NCBI GenBank assembly: GCA_951406725.2
Contig: OX597841.1
Location: forward strand, 8,184,001-8,248,000
DNA: 64,000 nt
Direction: 5' to 3'
Source of the DNA: Octopus vulgaris
Lineage: Eukaryota
Within the stretch, counting starts at the first letter, position 1; each line of letters opens with the position of its first letter. Under the pieces are notes generated by a model. It worked only from the letters and a program-made list of their open reading frames with translations. It did no database searches and was not told the origin of the DNA. A program made the position numbers and the translations under genes. Shown in pieces: positions 24,818 to 38,967 of this stretch.

Positions 24818-27560
24818 TATGGCTACCCTCTTCACATCTACTCTGATAATGTTTATTTCTATGTCCTCTTCAGGAGACACTCTATTCTCATATGTTACGA
24901 TCTATATGGAGAAATGAAATGGCAGTGGGAACTGCCTTTCCCTGTTCACCCTCACATTGCTGTTTTCCAAGGAACTCTTTATGTCCCGGACACTCAACTC
25001 AACAGGGTTCTTCTTTACAAGTATCAAGACCGGTCGTCTGGCTGTTGTTTAACCACATTAAAAATCCTTATATCAGAAATCTAAATCTACGACTCAAAGA
25101 AAAGGAGAATGACCAAAAACTTGTCATTGGCGAAATATGTAATCTGTCCAATGGACAGTTGGTGGTGTCCGACATCAAGCATGATTGCTTGTTGTACATT
25201 TCTGAGGAAGGAGACATTGTGTCCAGATTATCTCTGCCGTCTACAGCCACAGATATATGTTAGTGGGGTTCTAATAATATAGGGGTCACAAGATGGTCGC
25301 CAGTGTTTTACAGTCCCAAATGAAACCTCCCCACAATTTCTATGGTGGATGTATAGATAAAAATGTTTATCTGTTAGACAACATCCCTATGTTTGTTATA
25401 AATGATTACTATTTGGTGGTTAAGGATCTCGTTACAAATAATCAGCTTAATATTGACATGGCACATCTATTTTATAGAAACATCTGTGTCAGTGAAATGT
25501 TGTCTTCTAAATTCTATCTACAGGATCTCCAGGTTTCCGAGACAAACAACCAGTGCAGATTTTTCGTTTGGTTATTACTGAAAACAACCTGATTGCAATA
25601 TACGACAGGAAAAATAAAACACATTAAGAAATTCACATTTGATGGTCATCTCTTGGATTCTATCAAACTGAATGTCTCTGCCATCAATATGTGTCGATGG
25701 CAGTCAAACCCACTGGTTATTACAACTGGTGATGGTAACAACCAAATGTTGACATTAAAAGTTGAATTTCAATTGTCATTGGTGATTTAGCAGACAAGAA
25801 ATAAATATCATTGTATTGCTTCTTTGTCGGATGGTCTACTAGTATATAATTGGGATGGAGATGAACGTACTTTGTATGTCATTGATTTTGATGAAATCCA
25901 TTCGACTGTGAGTATAATGAAGCAAATAGACATACCTGAGACATTATTGATGAGAGGTGGTGAGGTTATTGATTATGTTGAAGGCATATGCAATATTACA
26001 GTGACTGTTAATGATGTCATCCTCGTTAGCAACAACAAATTCATCAATTTCCTCAGTAGTGATGGTCAGTATTTACATTCAGTTAGACACTACATGAAGT
26101 ATATCAGTATTCATAGCAACATAACAGTTGATGAGAAAAGATATCATCTCTACGGTATATTTAACAACATAGTGTGTTTCATACAGACTGGTGACCACAG
26201 CAAAATATATTTAAATGAAAGAATTTATAAATGTAAAGTGGGCTTTAGCTGTATAAACAGTAAAGGGCCGAGATTTATTGGAAGTCACAGAAATAAATTG
26301 TATGTTGAAGGTTTGTTTCAGCTTAATCGGGAGAGATTCCCTGTTTGTCGTTTACAAACAGACGACTGTCCTGTTCAAGTAAAAGATTTTGATGTCTCTG
26401 AGGAAGGAAAGACAGACGTGTGTGAAAAAGCCAATAATGGAAATGTTAAAATACTTGATAGAGATGGGGAGTTGCTATGTCATAGAGATGTTGGAAGTTT
26501 AGTTGGTGGTGTGTGTTTTACAGGAGAAAGAGGGATAATGGTCACACTTCCAAACAGATGAGAAATATTTCAACTGAAGGAACAAGATTTGGAGAAATAT
26601 AAAGTTTGGCCAAGTCTAGTACCTTATGGTGTAATATGGAGAAAAGTGGCAGGTATTTACTGGTGTATACATATTGAATTGATTGAATGTCATTGCATAA
26701 AGATTGATGGGGACCAAGTGAACATTCTGGAATCTGTGTCATTATTAAATCTTGATTCTGGTCTTCGTTTCCCTTCCATTACATCTGAAACAAACAAGGA
26801 AATATTCAGTATTGAATTAATAAAGGTAGATTAGAGGTGAGATGTGGTAATTACATAGCGGAAAGTAAGTCAGCAACAGATGAAATAGCAGAAGACTGCC
26901 ACATAGAACAGCAGTGGTCCCTCTTTCCATTGCCACATTCGATGAACCAGTTAATTATGAATATCTGAAGAACAGGGACCGGAACAGTAATCCAATTAAG
27001 TTGGATGACACTGTCAGTGCATTGATGTTTGGAGAAAGTGTCACATTAATCAGCACAATGACAGGAGACATGCTGCAACATAAACAACCACCACCACTGA
27101 ACATATGTTGGTGGACAGAGGAATGCTTTATAGTTGTCTTTTGTAAAGAAATGATGCTTTTCAACAGAGATCTCTGTCGTTTAAAAACCATCAACGCTGG
27201 GAAGTACTACAACGGTATTTATAAAAGCAATGACAATCAACTTGTGTGTGGTGGTCATTATATTAGAGACAGAACTGAAGATGGATGATGTGTCGACTAT
27301 TATTATTTAGATGTAGTTGATATCGATGGTGGAATATGGGAATGCAGTCAGGAAGTTTGTTGCGGGGAAGTGAAGGTAGATGGTGTTTTATGACATAGTA
27401 GTGACACCTGGTGTTGATATTGTTGTTGTGAAGATGGAGGAGTAGTGGTCAGGAGTATAAAACTAACTACAGTATGGTATTTACAGACCTTGTCTAACCA
27501 CACATGGCAGTTTCGTTCACATAGCAGGTAGAGATAACAATATCTACCAAATACCTGGAC
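24818..27560 (+). pseudogene. Decayed NHL/beta-propeller-like multi-blade coding sequence
   Basis: Successive same-strand ORF pieces with NHL-like blades (GTLYVPDTQLNRVLLY; NGQLVVSDIKHDCLLYISEEG; NVKILDRDGELL..VGGVCFTGERGIMVT) broken by many stops and frameshifts. Confidence 0.65.
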
Positions 27561-27569
27561 ATATTGAAC

Positions 27570-29480
27570 ACCAAACATCCGCAGGTGTTCAACAATATTT
27601 ATTGCTCAGGTGTAACGATAATCTTGTTACGTATAGTCGGTAAGTATTTGTCCAGAATAAGTTTACTCAATTTACCTAAGGCAGACTTGGTAGGGCAAAT
27701 CAGTCTGACCTGTGTGTTACCAAGGAAGTTTTCCTTATGGTCTTTAAGTGTAATTCTCGGTCTCATGGGGGTATAAGGTTCAGTTTTATCCTCCAGATAA
27801 TAATCAAACATTATTTCTCTAACCTCTAAGTTTAGTTCCCCAAGTGTATTAAAAGGTACAATTTTATACTTCTTTGTAATTTCCTTATGCAATAATTCAT
27901 GGTATGTAAGGATGTCAATGCGAATGTTTGCAGACACAGCGTATGAGAGTGTATAAACGTTTATAGATATGTGCGGATGTGCGTGTGAGTATGTGTGTGA
28001 GTGTATAAACGTTGCTATAGCTGTCCCTGCCTGTGCTGGTTTATCTATACGCCATTTGATGACAGACATATATTTTGTAACTTAGTAAATATATGTGGAT
28101 ATGTCGAAATGTATTCATATGTATATATATGTGTATGTATGTTTTTGTATGGATATGTATATTCATGGTTGGATATATATGTATATGTTTTTCTTATACG
28201 TATGAGTACGCAAATGCATATTTAAATGTGTATATAAGTATATGCGAATGTTTGCAGACGCAGTACATGAGAGTGTATATGTTTATGTATATGTGCGGAT
28301 GTACGTATGTATGTGTGTGTGTGTATAAATGTTGGTATAGTTTTTTCCACAACAAACCAACCGTAAGAAAGACAATGGTAATTTAAATTCAAATCCATAA
28401 GCCAATCATAGTTTAGCGCTAGATTCGCATCTATTTCTGAAAGTAATAGTGTATTTCTGTCACATTGGAAATTATAAATTTTAACTCGGAAGTACATCTG
28501 TGCACCAGTGGATCTTAATGTCGTGTAAACAGAATGCTTTTGTTTCATATTTCGAATGTATATGCAGATATTTAACACTTTGCATGGTATTGTAGTACTA
28601 TTGTAACTATATTGCTAATAATGGAGTCTATATATTGTTTTTCTAGTATTAGCGTTATTAATAATAATACGAATGATGATATTGGTAGCATTAGTGGTAA
28701 TGACAATGATAATGATGCTAACATTAATGACATTTTGGAAATTGTTAAGAATTAATATAATGTACTCTTGACTCTGTATATCTGCATTTGGGTATTAATA
28801 TGTGTATGTTTTTCTACATTGTAATTATCACAATATTAAGTTGAAAAACTGTAACATTGAATGTGGAACATATGTATGTTTATTGATCTATATTATTTAT
28901 ATTATTTATATCATTATGTATATGTATATTTATATGTATAGGAGTGTGAGTATATGCACTCATATGTATATGTATATGTTTTATTATGGGTATGTACCCA
29001 CACCTATATAAATGTGTATGTAATCTGATTTGTATCACATAATCTCCGAAGAGGCCTTAGGATATTTTTGTAAATGTCTCATTTATAACTACGAGACATA
29101 CTTATCTGCATGGCCGAAACAGCTGTAAGATGTAGTCTATATTTATACTTATATTTACTTATTTTTATATTCTCTTATACATATTGTACTTATTGTATAA
29201 CATTACTCCTTTATGTACACTCCTTTATGTACACTATTTTGTTCTACATTATTATGTTTGTCCTTAAAGTTTCTTATGTGGTGGTTTAATAAAGTATGTG
29301 ATTGGGTATTATCTGGTAATTGATATTTGATTTAGATGTATTTCTCCATTTTCTTATTTTGTATTATGAATTTGTGGTAAAACATTTTACCTTTGCCATA
29401 TAATGCAGTAGATGAATTCATTGCATCGCAATTATTAACATTTATGTATTAACTTTGCTGGGTACTTCACTAGCGGTAGA
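27570..29480. mobile_element. Rearranged Penelope-like (Naiad-like) relic: minus-strand RT and GIY-YIG pieces, plus-strand UTR with hammerhead motif
   Basis: PRITLKDHKENF..VRLICPTKSALGKLSKLILD (minus, ~27600-27900); decayed endonuclease tail ~28380-28600; hammerhead motif at 29042. Clade name is from memory. Confidence 0.65.
29042..29131 (+). ncRNA. Type-I hammerhead motif with extended stem II (CCGAAGA core)
   Basis: aucu-CCGAAGA-GGCC-(insert with AUGUCUC/GAGACAU hairpin)-GGCC-GAAA-CAGCUG-UA-agau. Confidence 0.65.
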
Positions 29481-29742
29481 TTAGATATATGTTATCCCAT
29501 GGAGGGTTGCATTTACAACCCCTATCTCAATTTGTATATATATATATATATCTTTGTATATATATATATATACATATATATATATGTATCTTTATATATA
29601 TAAATATATATATATATATACATATATTTTATATAAATATACATATATATATATGTATCTTTATATATATATATATATATCTTTATATATATATATACAC
29701 ACATATATATATGCATATATATATTTATATATATACATATAT

Positions 29743-31757
29743 GTTGCAAGACAGTGTGTGAGAGAGAATCGTGATGTGGTAGGAGAGAAATGTGTTCGCA
29801 TGGATGATGGTTCACTTGCGCTAAATGAGGATGCAAAGAGAGAGGTTTGGAGACGCCACTATGAAAGGTTGCAGAATAAAGTAAATGAATGGGATAAAGA
29901 GAGTCTGCCGAATGTCGACCCAACAGAGGGACCAGATATCCGAGTTGACAGTTCCTTGGTAGTTAAGGCAATTAGAAGCATGAAGGCAGGGAAAGCCCCA
30001 GGCCCATCAGGAATTACTGCAGAGATGCTCAAAATATCTGGTAGTATCGGCTATAGCCTAGTCACCCGTATAGTTGACCAGGTGATACACGAAGGAGTCA
30101 TACCAAATGACTGGTGTAACAGCATAATAGTCAACTGCTACAAAGGGAAAGGTGACACCCTAGATACAAATAATTACAGAGGTATCAAGCTGTTGGATCA
30201 GGTAATGAAGGTTACGGAGAGGGTCATAGCCCAACTAATTAGAGAGAGGGTTAGTTTAGATGAGATGCAGTTTGGATTCGTGCCAGGGAAAAGCACCACT
30301 AATGCCATATTCCTAGTAAGACAGCTGCAGGAGAAATATCTAGCCAAAGATAAGCCCCTGTACCTGGCTTTTGTTGACATGGAGAAAGCCTTCAACAGGG
30401 TCCCCCGATGCCTTATCTGGTGGTCAATGGGGAAACTAGGGATAGATGAATGGTTAATGAGAGCTGTGAAAGCCATGTACAGGGACGCTGTTAGTAAAGT
30501 GAGGGTTGGCAACGAGTACAGTGAAGAATTCCGGGTAGAGGTAGGGGTTCACCAAGTTTCAGTACTCAGCCCGCTCCTATTTATCATAGACCTCCAAGCA
30601 ATAACGGAGGAATTCAAGACAGGATGCCCCTGGGAGCTCCTCTACGCTGATGATCTTGCTCTAATTGCTGAGTCACTATCAGAACTGGGGGAGAAGTTTC
30701 AGGTGTGGAAGAAAGGATTAGAATTGAAAAGCCTTAGAGTCAACCTAGCTAAAACCAAAGTCCTAATAAGTAGGTAAGGTAGACAAGTCACAAATGCCTT
30801 CAGGTAGATGGCCTTGCTCAATCTGTAGAAAAGCCGTAGGTAGAAACTCTATAATATGCACCAAGTGTAAGCTATGGACACATAAGAGGTGCAGCAACGT
30901 CAAGGGAAGGCTAACTAGGAAAATAGTTTTTGTTTGTGGCAGATGCTCAGGAGCAATAAACACTGAAAATACGCAGGGACCATCTTCCGCCACATTCCAG
31001 GGAGAAAAACTAGAAATAGTTGATAGCTTCTGTTACCTAGGTGACCAAGTCAGTAGCGGGGGCGGGTGTATTGAAAGTGTAACTGCTAGAGTAAGAATAG
31101 CCCGGGCAAAGTTCAGTTAGCTCTTACCTCCGCTAGGGACAAAAGGCCTCTCGCTCAGAGTAAAAGGTAGACTGTATGATGCATGTGTACGTACAGCCAT
31201 GCTACATGGCAGTGAAACATGGGCTGTGACTGCTGAGAATATGCGTAAGCTCGCAAGAAATGAAGCCAGTATGCTCCGATGGATGTGTAATGCCAGTGTT
31301 CATACTCGACAGAGTGTAAGTACCTTGAGAGAAACGCTGGACCTAAGAAGCATCAGTTGTGGTGTGCAAGAGAGACGTTTGCGCTGGTATGGTCATGTGG
31401 CGAGAATGGATGAAGATAGTTGTGTGAAAAAGTGCCACACCCTAGTGGTTGAGGGAACCTGTGGAAGAGGTAGATCCAGGAAAACCTGGGATAAGGTGGT
31501 GAAGCACGACCTTCGAACTTTAGGTCTCACCGAGGAAATGACTAGAGACCTTTGGAAGTATGCTGTACGTGAGAAGTCCCGGCAGGACAAGTGAGACCAT
31601 AACTCATGGCCTCAGTCCACTTATGCATACCTTTCCTTCTTGGGACACAAACTCTACTTGTGAAGACCTGTTGAAGCAAGTGAAAATCAAAATCAAAATC
31701 GATCAACATCAATAGAAATTGTAGCGGTGATACCAGTGCCGGTGGCACGTAAGAGAA
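29743..31757 (+). mobile_element. RTE-clade LINE, RT region with few lesions, 5'-truncated
   Basis: [51 protein letters not shown]. Confidence 0.95.
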
Positions 31758-32945
31758 CCATATGATATGCCACAAACTGTGTGACCTCGGCATAGCTGGA
31801 AAACTTGGAGTGTGGTTACATGACTTCCTGAAAGATAGGAGTCAGGCAGTAGTGGTTAATGGAGCCACCTCCATGAACACACAAATAGTGAGCGGTGTTC
31901 CACAGGGCACTGTCTTGGGACCACTTCTTTTTATAGTGGCCCTCTCAGATATGCCCACAAATGCCCGGATAGCCACTCTGGCAAGCTATGCAGACGATAC
32001 GAAAGTCTCGCAGAAAATACAGAACCCCAGCGATGTTGCACACCTGCAGCAGGAGTTGGACTCAATCTACAGATGGGCTGAGGATAATAATATGCAGTTT
32101 AATGCTGAAAAATTCCAGGCCCTGCACTACCAGAATCCAAAACTGAATATTAAACTTACAGGAGACACCAGTCCACAGGGAATTTCAATCCCAGAGCCTA
32201 AGTCTGTGAGGGACCTGGGTATCGACATGAGTGAGGATACCTCTTTCCAAGTGCTCATTACCAGGATGGCGACAAAGTGCAGATGACTGGCTGGATGGAT
32301 CCTAAGAACATTCAGAACCAGAGATAAGGAAACCATGATGGTCCTCTGGCGGACATTCGTCCTCAGCCGCCTTGATTACTGCTCACAGCTATGGTCAGCA
32401 ACCAGTGTGAAATTAACAGCGGACCTTGAAGCAATCCAGAGAAGATTCACGAAGAAGATCGTCTCTTTGCAACAGCTCAGCTACTGGGAAAGGTTGAAAC
32501 AGCTAAGACTCTACCCCTGGAGAGAAGACGGGAGAGGTATGCAGTAATATATATCCGGAAGATCCTGGAAGGAATTGTGCCAAATTTGGCATTATAAGCT
32601 ACACCATTGCTAGAACGGGACGACAAAGCATAGTGCCAAAGATCCCAGCAATGCCATCACGCTTCAGGACCAGCTACTGCAATAGCCTGGGTTTCAAGGG
32701 TCCACAGCTTTTTAATATTCTCTCAAAGAGTTTGAGGAACTGATACAAAGTAGATGTAGTGGTTTTTAAATCAAAGCTGGACATCTTCCTGTCGAGAGTC
32801 CCAGGTGAACCTACCTCATGGCAAGAGGTACAAATGAGAGTAGCTATATGAAACTCCATTCTTCACCAAGTGCGACATATTAGAGGAGGCTCTTCGTAAT
32901 AACAGTGTAACATAAAACAGTGGTGCATCAGCTCTGAGCTGAAAC
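31758..32945 (+). mobile_element. CR1/Jockey-group LINE 3' fragment abutting the RTE copy
   Basis: SGVPQGTVLGPLLF, YADDTK, MQFNAEK, RDLGI, LDYCSQLW. Confidence 0.88.
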
Positions 32946-33054
32946 AAGAAAAACGAATAAAAATGAATATAAATATATATATATATATATATAAATATAT
33001 ATATACATATATACATATATATATACACATATACACATATATATACATATATAT

Positions 33055-34096
33055 TGTTGTGAGTTCAACTTAAGGACAGTTGGTTGCGACCTACTTTGGG
33101 ATAAACCGATTGTTCTGTCGGATTCACGAAGGAGTAATGAGCTTTTAGGGGACCTTTGGCCTTGTGCCGATCAGGGAGAGTTCGTTGTAAACACCCCTTA
33201 AAAGGGAAGAACTTTGAGCTGTAAACACAGTCGGCCGGAAATCGAGGACAGAGCAAGTTGTTTCTGCTGTGAGAGATGAAAAGGCAGTTGAGAGTTGCAT
33301 CCGAGAGATTGGGGTAGTAAGATGTGAGAGGGAAGCGCAGAGAAAGACAGACACACAGTCATGAGAGATGACAGGCGAGATAGTGAGAGGACAGTGAGAG
33401 GATGAGGGGTTGAGGAGGATATACACATAGGATTAAACAGCTAATAGAAATGGACTACAGTGTGAGGCATTGGCTGTTGGACGGTATGTGTTTAATTGTA
33501 TGTTGATATGTGAATTATGTAAAGAGATTATAACGAACTGTTACAGAAGTGAGTAAAGGACTTGTTGATGTGTCATAAGGAACAATGTGAATTGTATTGA
33601 TACGTGTTACAAAAAAAGAAGGAAAAAGACAAGAAAAGAACTATAAACCGTATCGTTAATGTGTACGTTAATTGTAACGTGAATTATTTGTCTATGAACA
33701 TTGTATAATGTATTGATTTGTTTGATTCGACGTGTATATTGTATCTGCATGTTTAAATGCTTCGATCTGTTGTATACCTGTTTCTTGCATGTGTTTTCTT
33801 TAAATGCAGTTGTTATATTGCATCTGCATGCTGTTGCTTGTATCTACCTGATGTATCACATTGTATTTGTTGTAATAGTCATATAAACTAGTAGGTTAAA
33901 TGTAAGCCGATTGCCTCTGTGTCTCTTCCTGCTGCTGTTGTTGTTGTTGTTATCTGTCTCCTCTCTGAGTTCTGTGGCGAACTTTCCCGATCGATCGAGC
34001 CTGGTCAATCGTCGTCGCTTGACTTGTTGGGATCCCGGGTTCGAGTTCGAGCGACGGCAGGTGGGATTCCGTAGCAACTTTCGGAGGTCCATAACA
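33055..34096. mobile_element. Probable solo LTR (~1.04 kb)
   Basis: Termini TGTTGTG...CATAACA (TG..CA, short inverted ends), ATAT on both sides, non-coding interior. Confidence 0.7.
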
Positions 34097-34470
34097 ATAT
34101 ATATACATATATATATATATATAAATATACATTTACATATATTTTATTATCAATTTGCATATTGATGTATATTGTTTTGTTCCATTTTCATGTTCCTATT
34201 TGTATAATTAATAAATAATATGAAATTGTAATATCCGTAAGTTGATGATCGAAATGAATTTGTTCCTCCATTTTCTTATTTATATATATATATATAGGCA
34301 CAGAAGTGGCTGAGTGGTAAGAAGTTTGCTTCCCAACCACATGGTTCCGGGTTCAGTCCCACTGCGTAGCACCGTTAGGCAAGTGTCTTCTACTATAGCC
34401 TTGGACCAATCAAAGTTTTGTGTGTGGATTTCATAGATGGAAACTGAAAGAAAACCATCGTACGTATATA

Positions 34471-34503
<33 letters not shown>

Positions 34504-35359
34504 GTATTTGTGTGTGTGAGTGTTTATCACCCCATCATCACTTGACAACTGATGGTGGTGTGTTTATGTCCCCATAATTAGCGGTTTGGTAAGCAAAGTT
34601 CAATAGAATAATTACTAGGCTTACAACGAATAAATCTTGGAGTCGACTTGTTTGACTAAAGGTCGTACTCTAGTATGGCTGCAGTCAAATGACTGAAACT
34701 AGTAAAAGAATATATATATGTGTGTGTGTGTGTGTGCGTGTGTGTATATATATGTCTGAGGGAAAAAGGAACCATCTTGGATTGGTCCTTTCTTAGTGGA
34801 ATACTTTACAACCGGTTGTGTTGCATCCCCTGGTGCAGATGCATCTTATCAGGTGTCTTGTTTTAAAGAAGATACCTCACTAAATATGTTCGGTTTGAAT
34901 TGGCATGTTGTTGCTTGTAAGGTGTTGGCAGATGTATAGAGATATATAATGTTGATTTGTTTAGCAAGTGTAAGATTGGTAGAATCGAGACCTTCCTTAA
35001 GCATTCGCAGTTGTGCTGGGCTGGGCATATCCTCAAAATGAATGACAAAAGAATACCCAAGGTCTTCATTTACAGCCAGCTGAGATAGTGGCACAGAATG
35101 TTGGTTGACCATGGCTCAGATATAAGGAGAAGCTGAAAAGTAACTTCTCAGTTGTGGAGATAACTCACAACGCCTTTGAGGACACAGCTTTTGGCATTAA
35201 AAGGAATATTTAAAGCATTTATATATAATTATATATGTGTGTGTATGTATGAGTAAAAAGTAGTTGAATTTACAAAATTCTTTGGTAAATCTTTGGGGTC
35301 GATGTAATTGACTTATAACCGCCTCAGAAATTGCTGGCCTTGTGCCAAAATTTGAAACC

Positions 35360-35550
35360 AATATGTGGGTTGTACTTGTTAATTAAAATAGCTTCTTTTA
35401 TTCTCGTGTTCCCAATGTTTCTTTCTGTAATTTCAATGGAAACCTGGATGTCTTGAGTGTGGCATTTCCCTAAGTGCTTCTCAATGGAAGAAACATTGTT
35501 CCTTAACCCATATATACTTACCTGTTTTATGTTCATAGTTTTACAAACAG
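35360..35550 (-). mobile_element. PLE GIY-YIG C-terminal fragment
   Basis: SSIEKHL..C..RIKEAILINKYNP. Confidence 0.55.
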
Positions 35551-36623
35551 TCAGTTGTGTTCCATCTCAATCACCAATAACTCATTATACTTTATTCCTT
35601 ACCTTACGAGTAAAACAACCACATTCTTCTGATTGACGCATAAAACTAGCTAATGATTAATGTTTCACTTGAACAATCTATGTTCTCACCCCCAACATTC
35701 ACTGACAACCACATTTTAGGCTTATTGTAGGTGTTTGTAGTTATATTCACACGTCCATACACATGTTCTTCCTCCTCTGTCGTCGTTTAACATGCTTTCC
35801 ATGCTGGCATGGCTGGAAGTTTGGACAGGAGCTGGTCAGGCCCCAATTGTTTCTTTTGGCATGGTTTCTATGGCTGTATGACGCCAACCACTTTACTGGT
35901 GCTCCTTATGTGCCTCTGGCCCGAATGCATTTTATGTGGCACTGGTACCCGCAAGACAAAGACTCATCGAGAGGGCGTGGGGGGGGGCATGGACATAAAG
36001 GACAGCCTGTATGTATGGATGGTCACGATTTTTTTTAGCTTCTATCATCATCATCATCATTTGGCTGGCATGGGTTAAATGGTCTGAAAGGAAATGGTAA
36101 GCTGGAGGGCTTCACCAGGTTCCAGTCTGATTTGGCATGGATTCTACAGCTGGATGCCCTTCCTAATGCTGACCACTCCTAGAGTGTAATGGGTGGTTCT
36201 TACCTGTGTAAATATGCATATATATGTATTTCCCAAAGAGTCGTTTACTTCAACGAACCATCTGCTGGAACCTTCAAAGGTGCATGGAATAACCGATCCA
36301 TTTATCAAAAACCAGGTAACAATAGAAAGGCCATCCAGGTGTAAAACGGTGACTCAATAATATATCCACCTGACCCATGCTAACGTAGAAAAGCTGGATG
36401 TAAAACCAAGAAGCACATAAGGACATGTTTTCATATGAATTTACATATATGTTGTGTGTGTGTGTGTGTGTGCTTACATATGTCTAAAGCTATCTGCAGA
36501 TATTTTTGTCAACATTTGTACATCTGTATACATATGCATTCATATGTGTATACACTCCTGTATGCATGTCTCGGTGCATGGATTTGCATTGAAACATGTG
36601 CAAAAGTACACACACACACACAC

Positions 36624-36668
<45 letters not shown>

Positions 36669-38274
36669 GAGAAAGAAAGGCAGATGTAGATATAGCTACA
36701 CACATACACACACATGTTGGAAGGCGTAAAGTTCCTTGTTTTCGGTAAAACAAAATACAAGAGGACGATTTCATTGAACATATTCCCTTTTTGTTTTCCT
36801 AATCCCTGAAAATACTTGGAAGGTTGGGCCACCAACCAGTCCTTCCCCGATACCCTTAAATCCAGGACCTTCTCAGCACCCCGCTCTTATACACATATCT
36901 AAGTAAAGGCATCCTTAACTCTTTCTCCTCCACCATCACGAATGTCATCTACTGCATCAAATGCACTCCTTGTGGGGCTTTATACACTGCCCAAACCGGT
37001 CGTCATTGTCTAGTGGATCGATTCACCAAATACTTATAAGATATCCATCTCTAGAAACAAACACTCCTTTCCTGTCATCTCTGGTCAGTGAACCACTTTA
37101 CACAACACCTGAATGTTCAGCTTAATGTTGCTCAACAGATCCTTAGCTCCTAGATTTCGCATGGCACAATGTTTCATCTTCTCACTACTGACTCGTACAC
37201 CATTTGGTCTCAACTCACCACACACCTTCTTGGGACTGCTCCGCATACAACATGTCTCCACCCCGTGACATTCACACACACACATCATATATATGTCAGA
37301 CAGTCTCTCTCTCTCTCACACACACACACTGCCCATACCTTCCTCACACACACACACTGCCCATACCTTCCTCACACACATTCACATGAATGAGATTATA
37401 TGCACAGACCTGCACATGCATGCAACAGCCACATTCACGCACAACTCTCTCCCTCCTTCTTTCCCTTAATCACTTTCATTTCTTTTTCTTCCTTCTGTTT
37501 TCCTTCTCCATAATGCATACGTTAGCACACACACACACATTTATATACACATAAGCAGACAGAAATCCTCTTTCATGCACACACAAACACGTGTGTGTGT
37601 GGCCTCTTTCAGTTTTCATCTACCAAATCCACTGATGAATCACTGATTGCCCCAGGGCTATTGTAGCAGGCCTTTGCTGTAAGGTACCATGCGGTGGGAC
37701 TGAACCTGAAACCACATGGTTAGGAAGCGGACTTCTCACCCACATAGCCTCAGCTCTAAATACAAGATATACTTACATACATATAACATCATCATCATCG
37801 TTTAATGTCCATTTTCCATGCTGGCATGGGTTGGACGGTTCAACCGGGTTCTGGGAAGCCAGGAGGCTGCCCCAGGCTCCATTCTGATCTGGCAGTGTTT
37901 CTACAGCTGGATGCCCTTCCTAATGCCAACCACTCCGAAAGTGTAGTGGGTTTTTGGGACTCTGTTAGTTACAAAAACGGATCCAGGTGATCCAATCAAC
38001 GGAACGGACTGCACGTGAAATTGACATGCAAGTGGCTGAGTGCACCACAGACATGTTTACTCTTAACACAGTTATCAGCAAAGTTCAGAGTGACACAGAA
38101 TGTGACAAGGCTGGCCATTTTGAATTGTGAGTACAACTCATTTTTGCCAATGTGAAATAAAGTGTCTTGCTCAAGGACGTGCCAGTGAAGATTGAACTCA
38201 TGAGCTTCTGATCATTAACTGAATACCTTACCCACTGAGCCATGTTCCTCCACTCACTACATATATACATAGAT

Positions 38275-38313
<39 letters not shown>

Positions 38314-38510
38314 CAGAGAGAGAGAGAGAGAATGCATACATACGCATGCATATATACATATGTGTGCGTGTGGGTGTATATATAAATGAATAAAAATCTC
38401 AAGAGTCAGAGGAATCGAATTAAACAAAAAAAACAAAAAAAAGGCAAGAGAAAAAAGAAGAAGAACAACAACGAGTTTGTAGTAAAAGTGTTTCCTATAT
38501 TGAATGAATG

Positions 38511-38718
38511 TCAGTGCCGCCGGTAATTGGGACGAGGGCCTCGACTGTCGAGTGGAGGGCATGGGTTGTCTACCCTGCTGCTGGCTGCTATCGCTGGTGA
38601 TCGAGACCGTTTTGGTACAGTGAGGGCAACAGAAGATGTGTCCATTGCTTCTGGGTCATCTCGCATTGAGCTATGTCCTGCTAGGCATCCATCCATCAAA
38701 GGGGCCATGGTTGATGGA
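38511..38718 (-). CDS. RPS6KB1: p70 S6 kinase terminal coding exon ((S)PSTMAPL...EAMDTS...PNYRRH*)
   Basis: TTTGTGCAG acceptor; phase matches previous exon (AG+T=Ser); open to TGA at 38511-38513; EAMDTS resembles the S6K1 EQMDVT tail. Confidence 0.85.
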
Positions 38719-38967
38719 CTGCACAAATAAATACAGAATACATATATACGCATAAATATATATACAGATAAAATATATATATACATACATACACACACAC
38801 ACAAATGATTATATAGAAAAGAAATATGTATATATACACATGAATAAATACAGACAGAAGGTTATATATACACACACACATACACACATATATATATGTA
38901 TATATAATGTACTGTTCCATGATAGAAAATTCAACAAAAAGTACTCCATCTGGTGAGAGATGAATAC

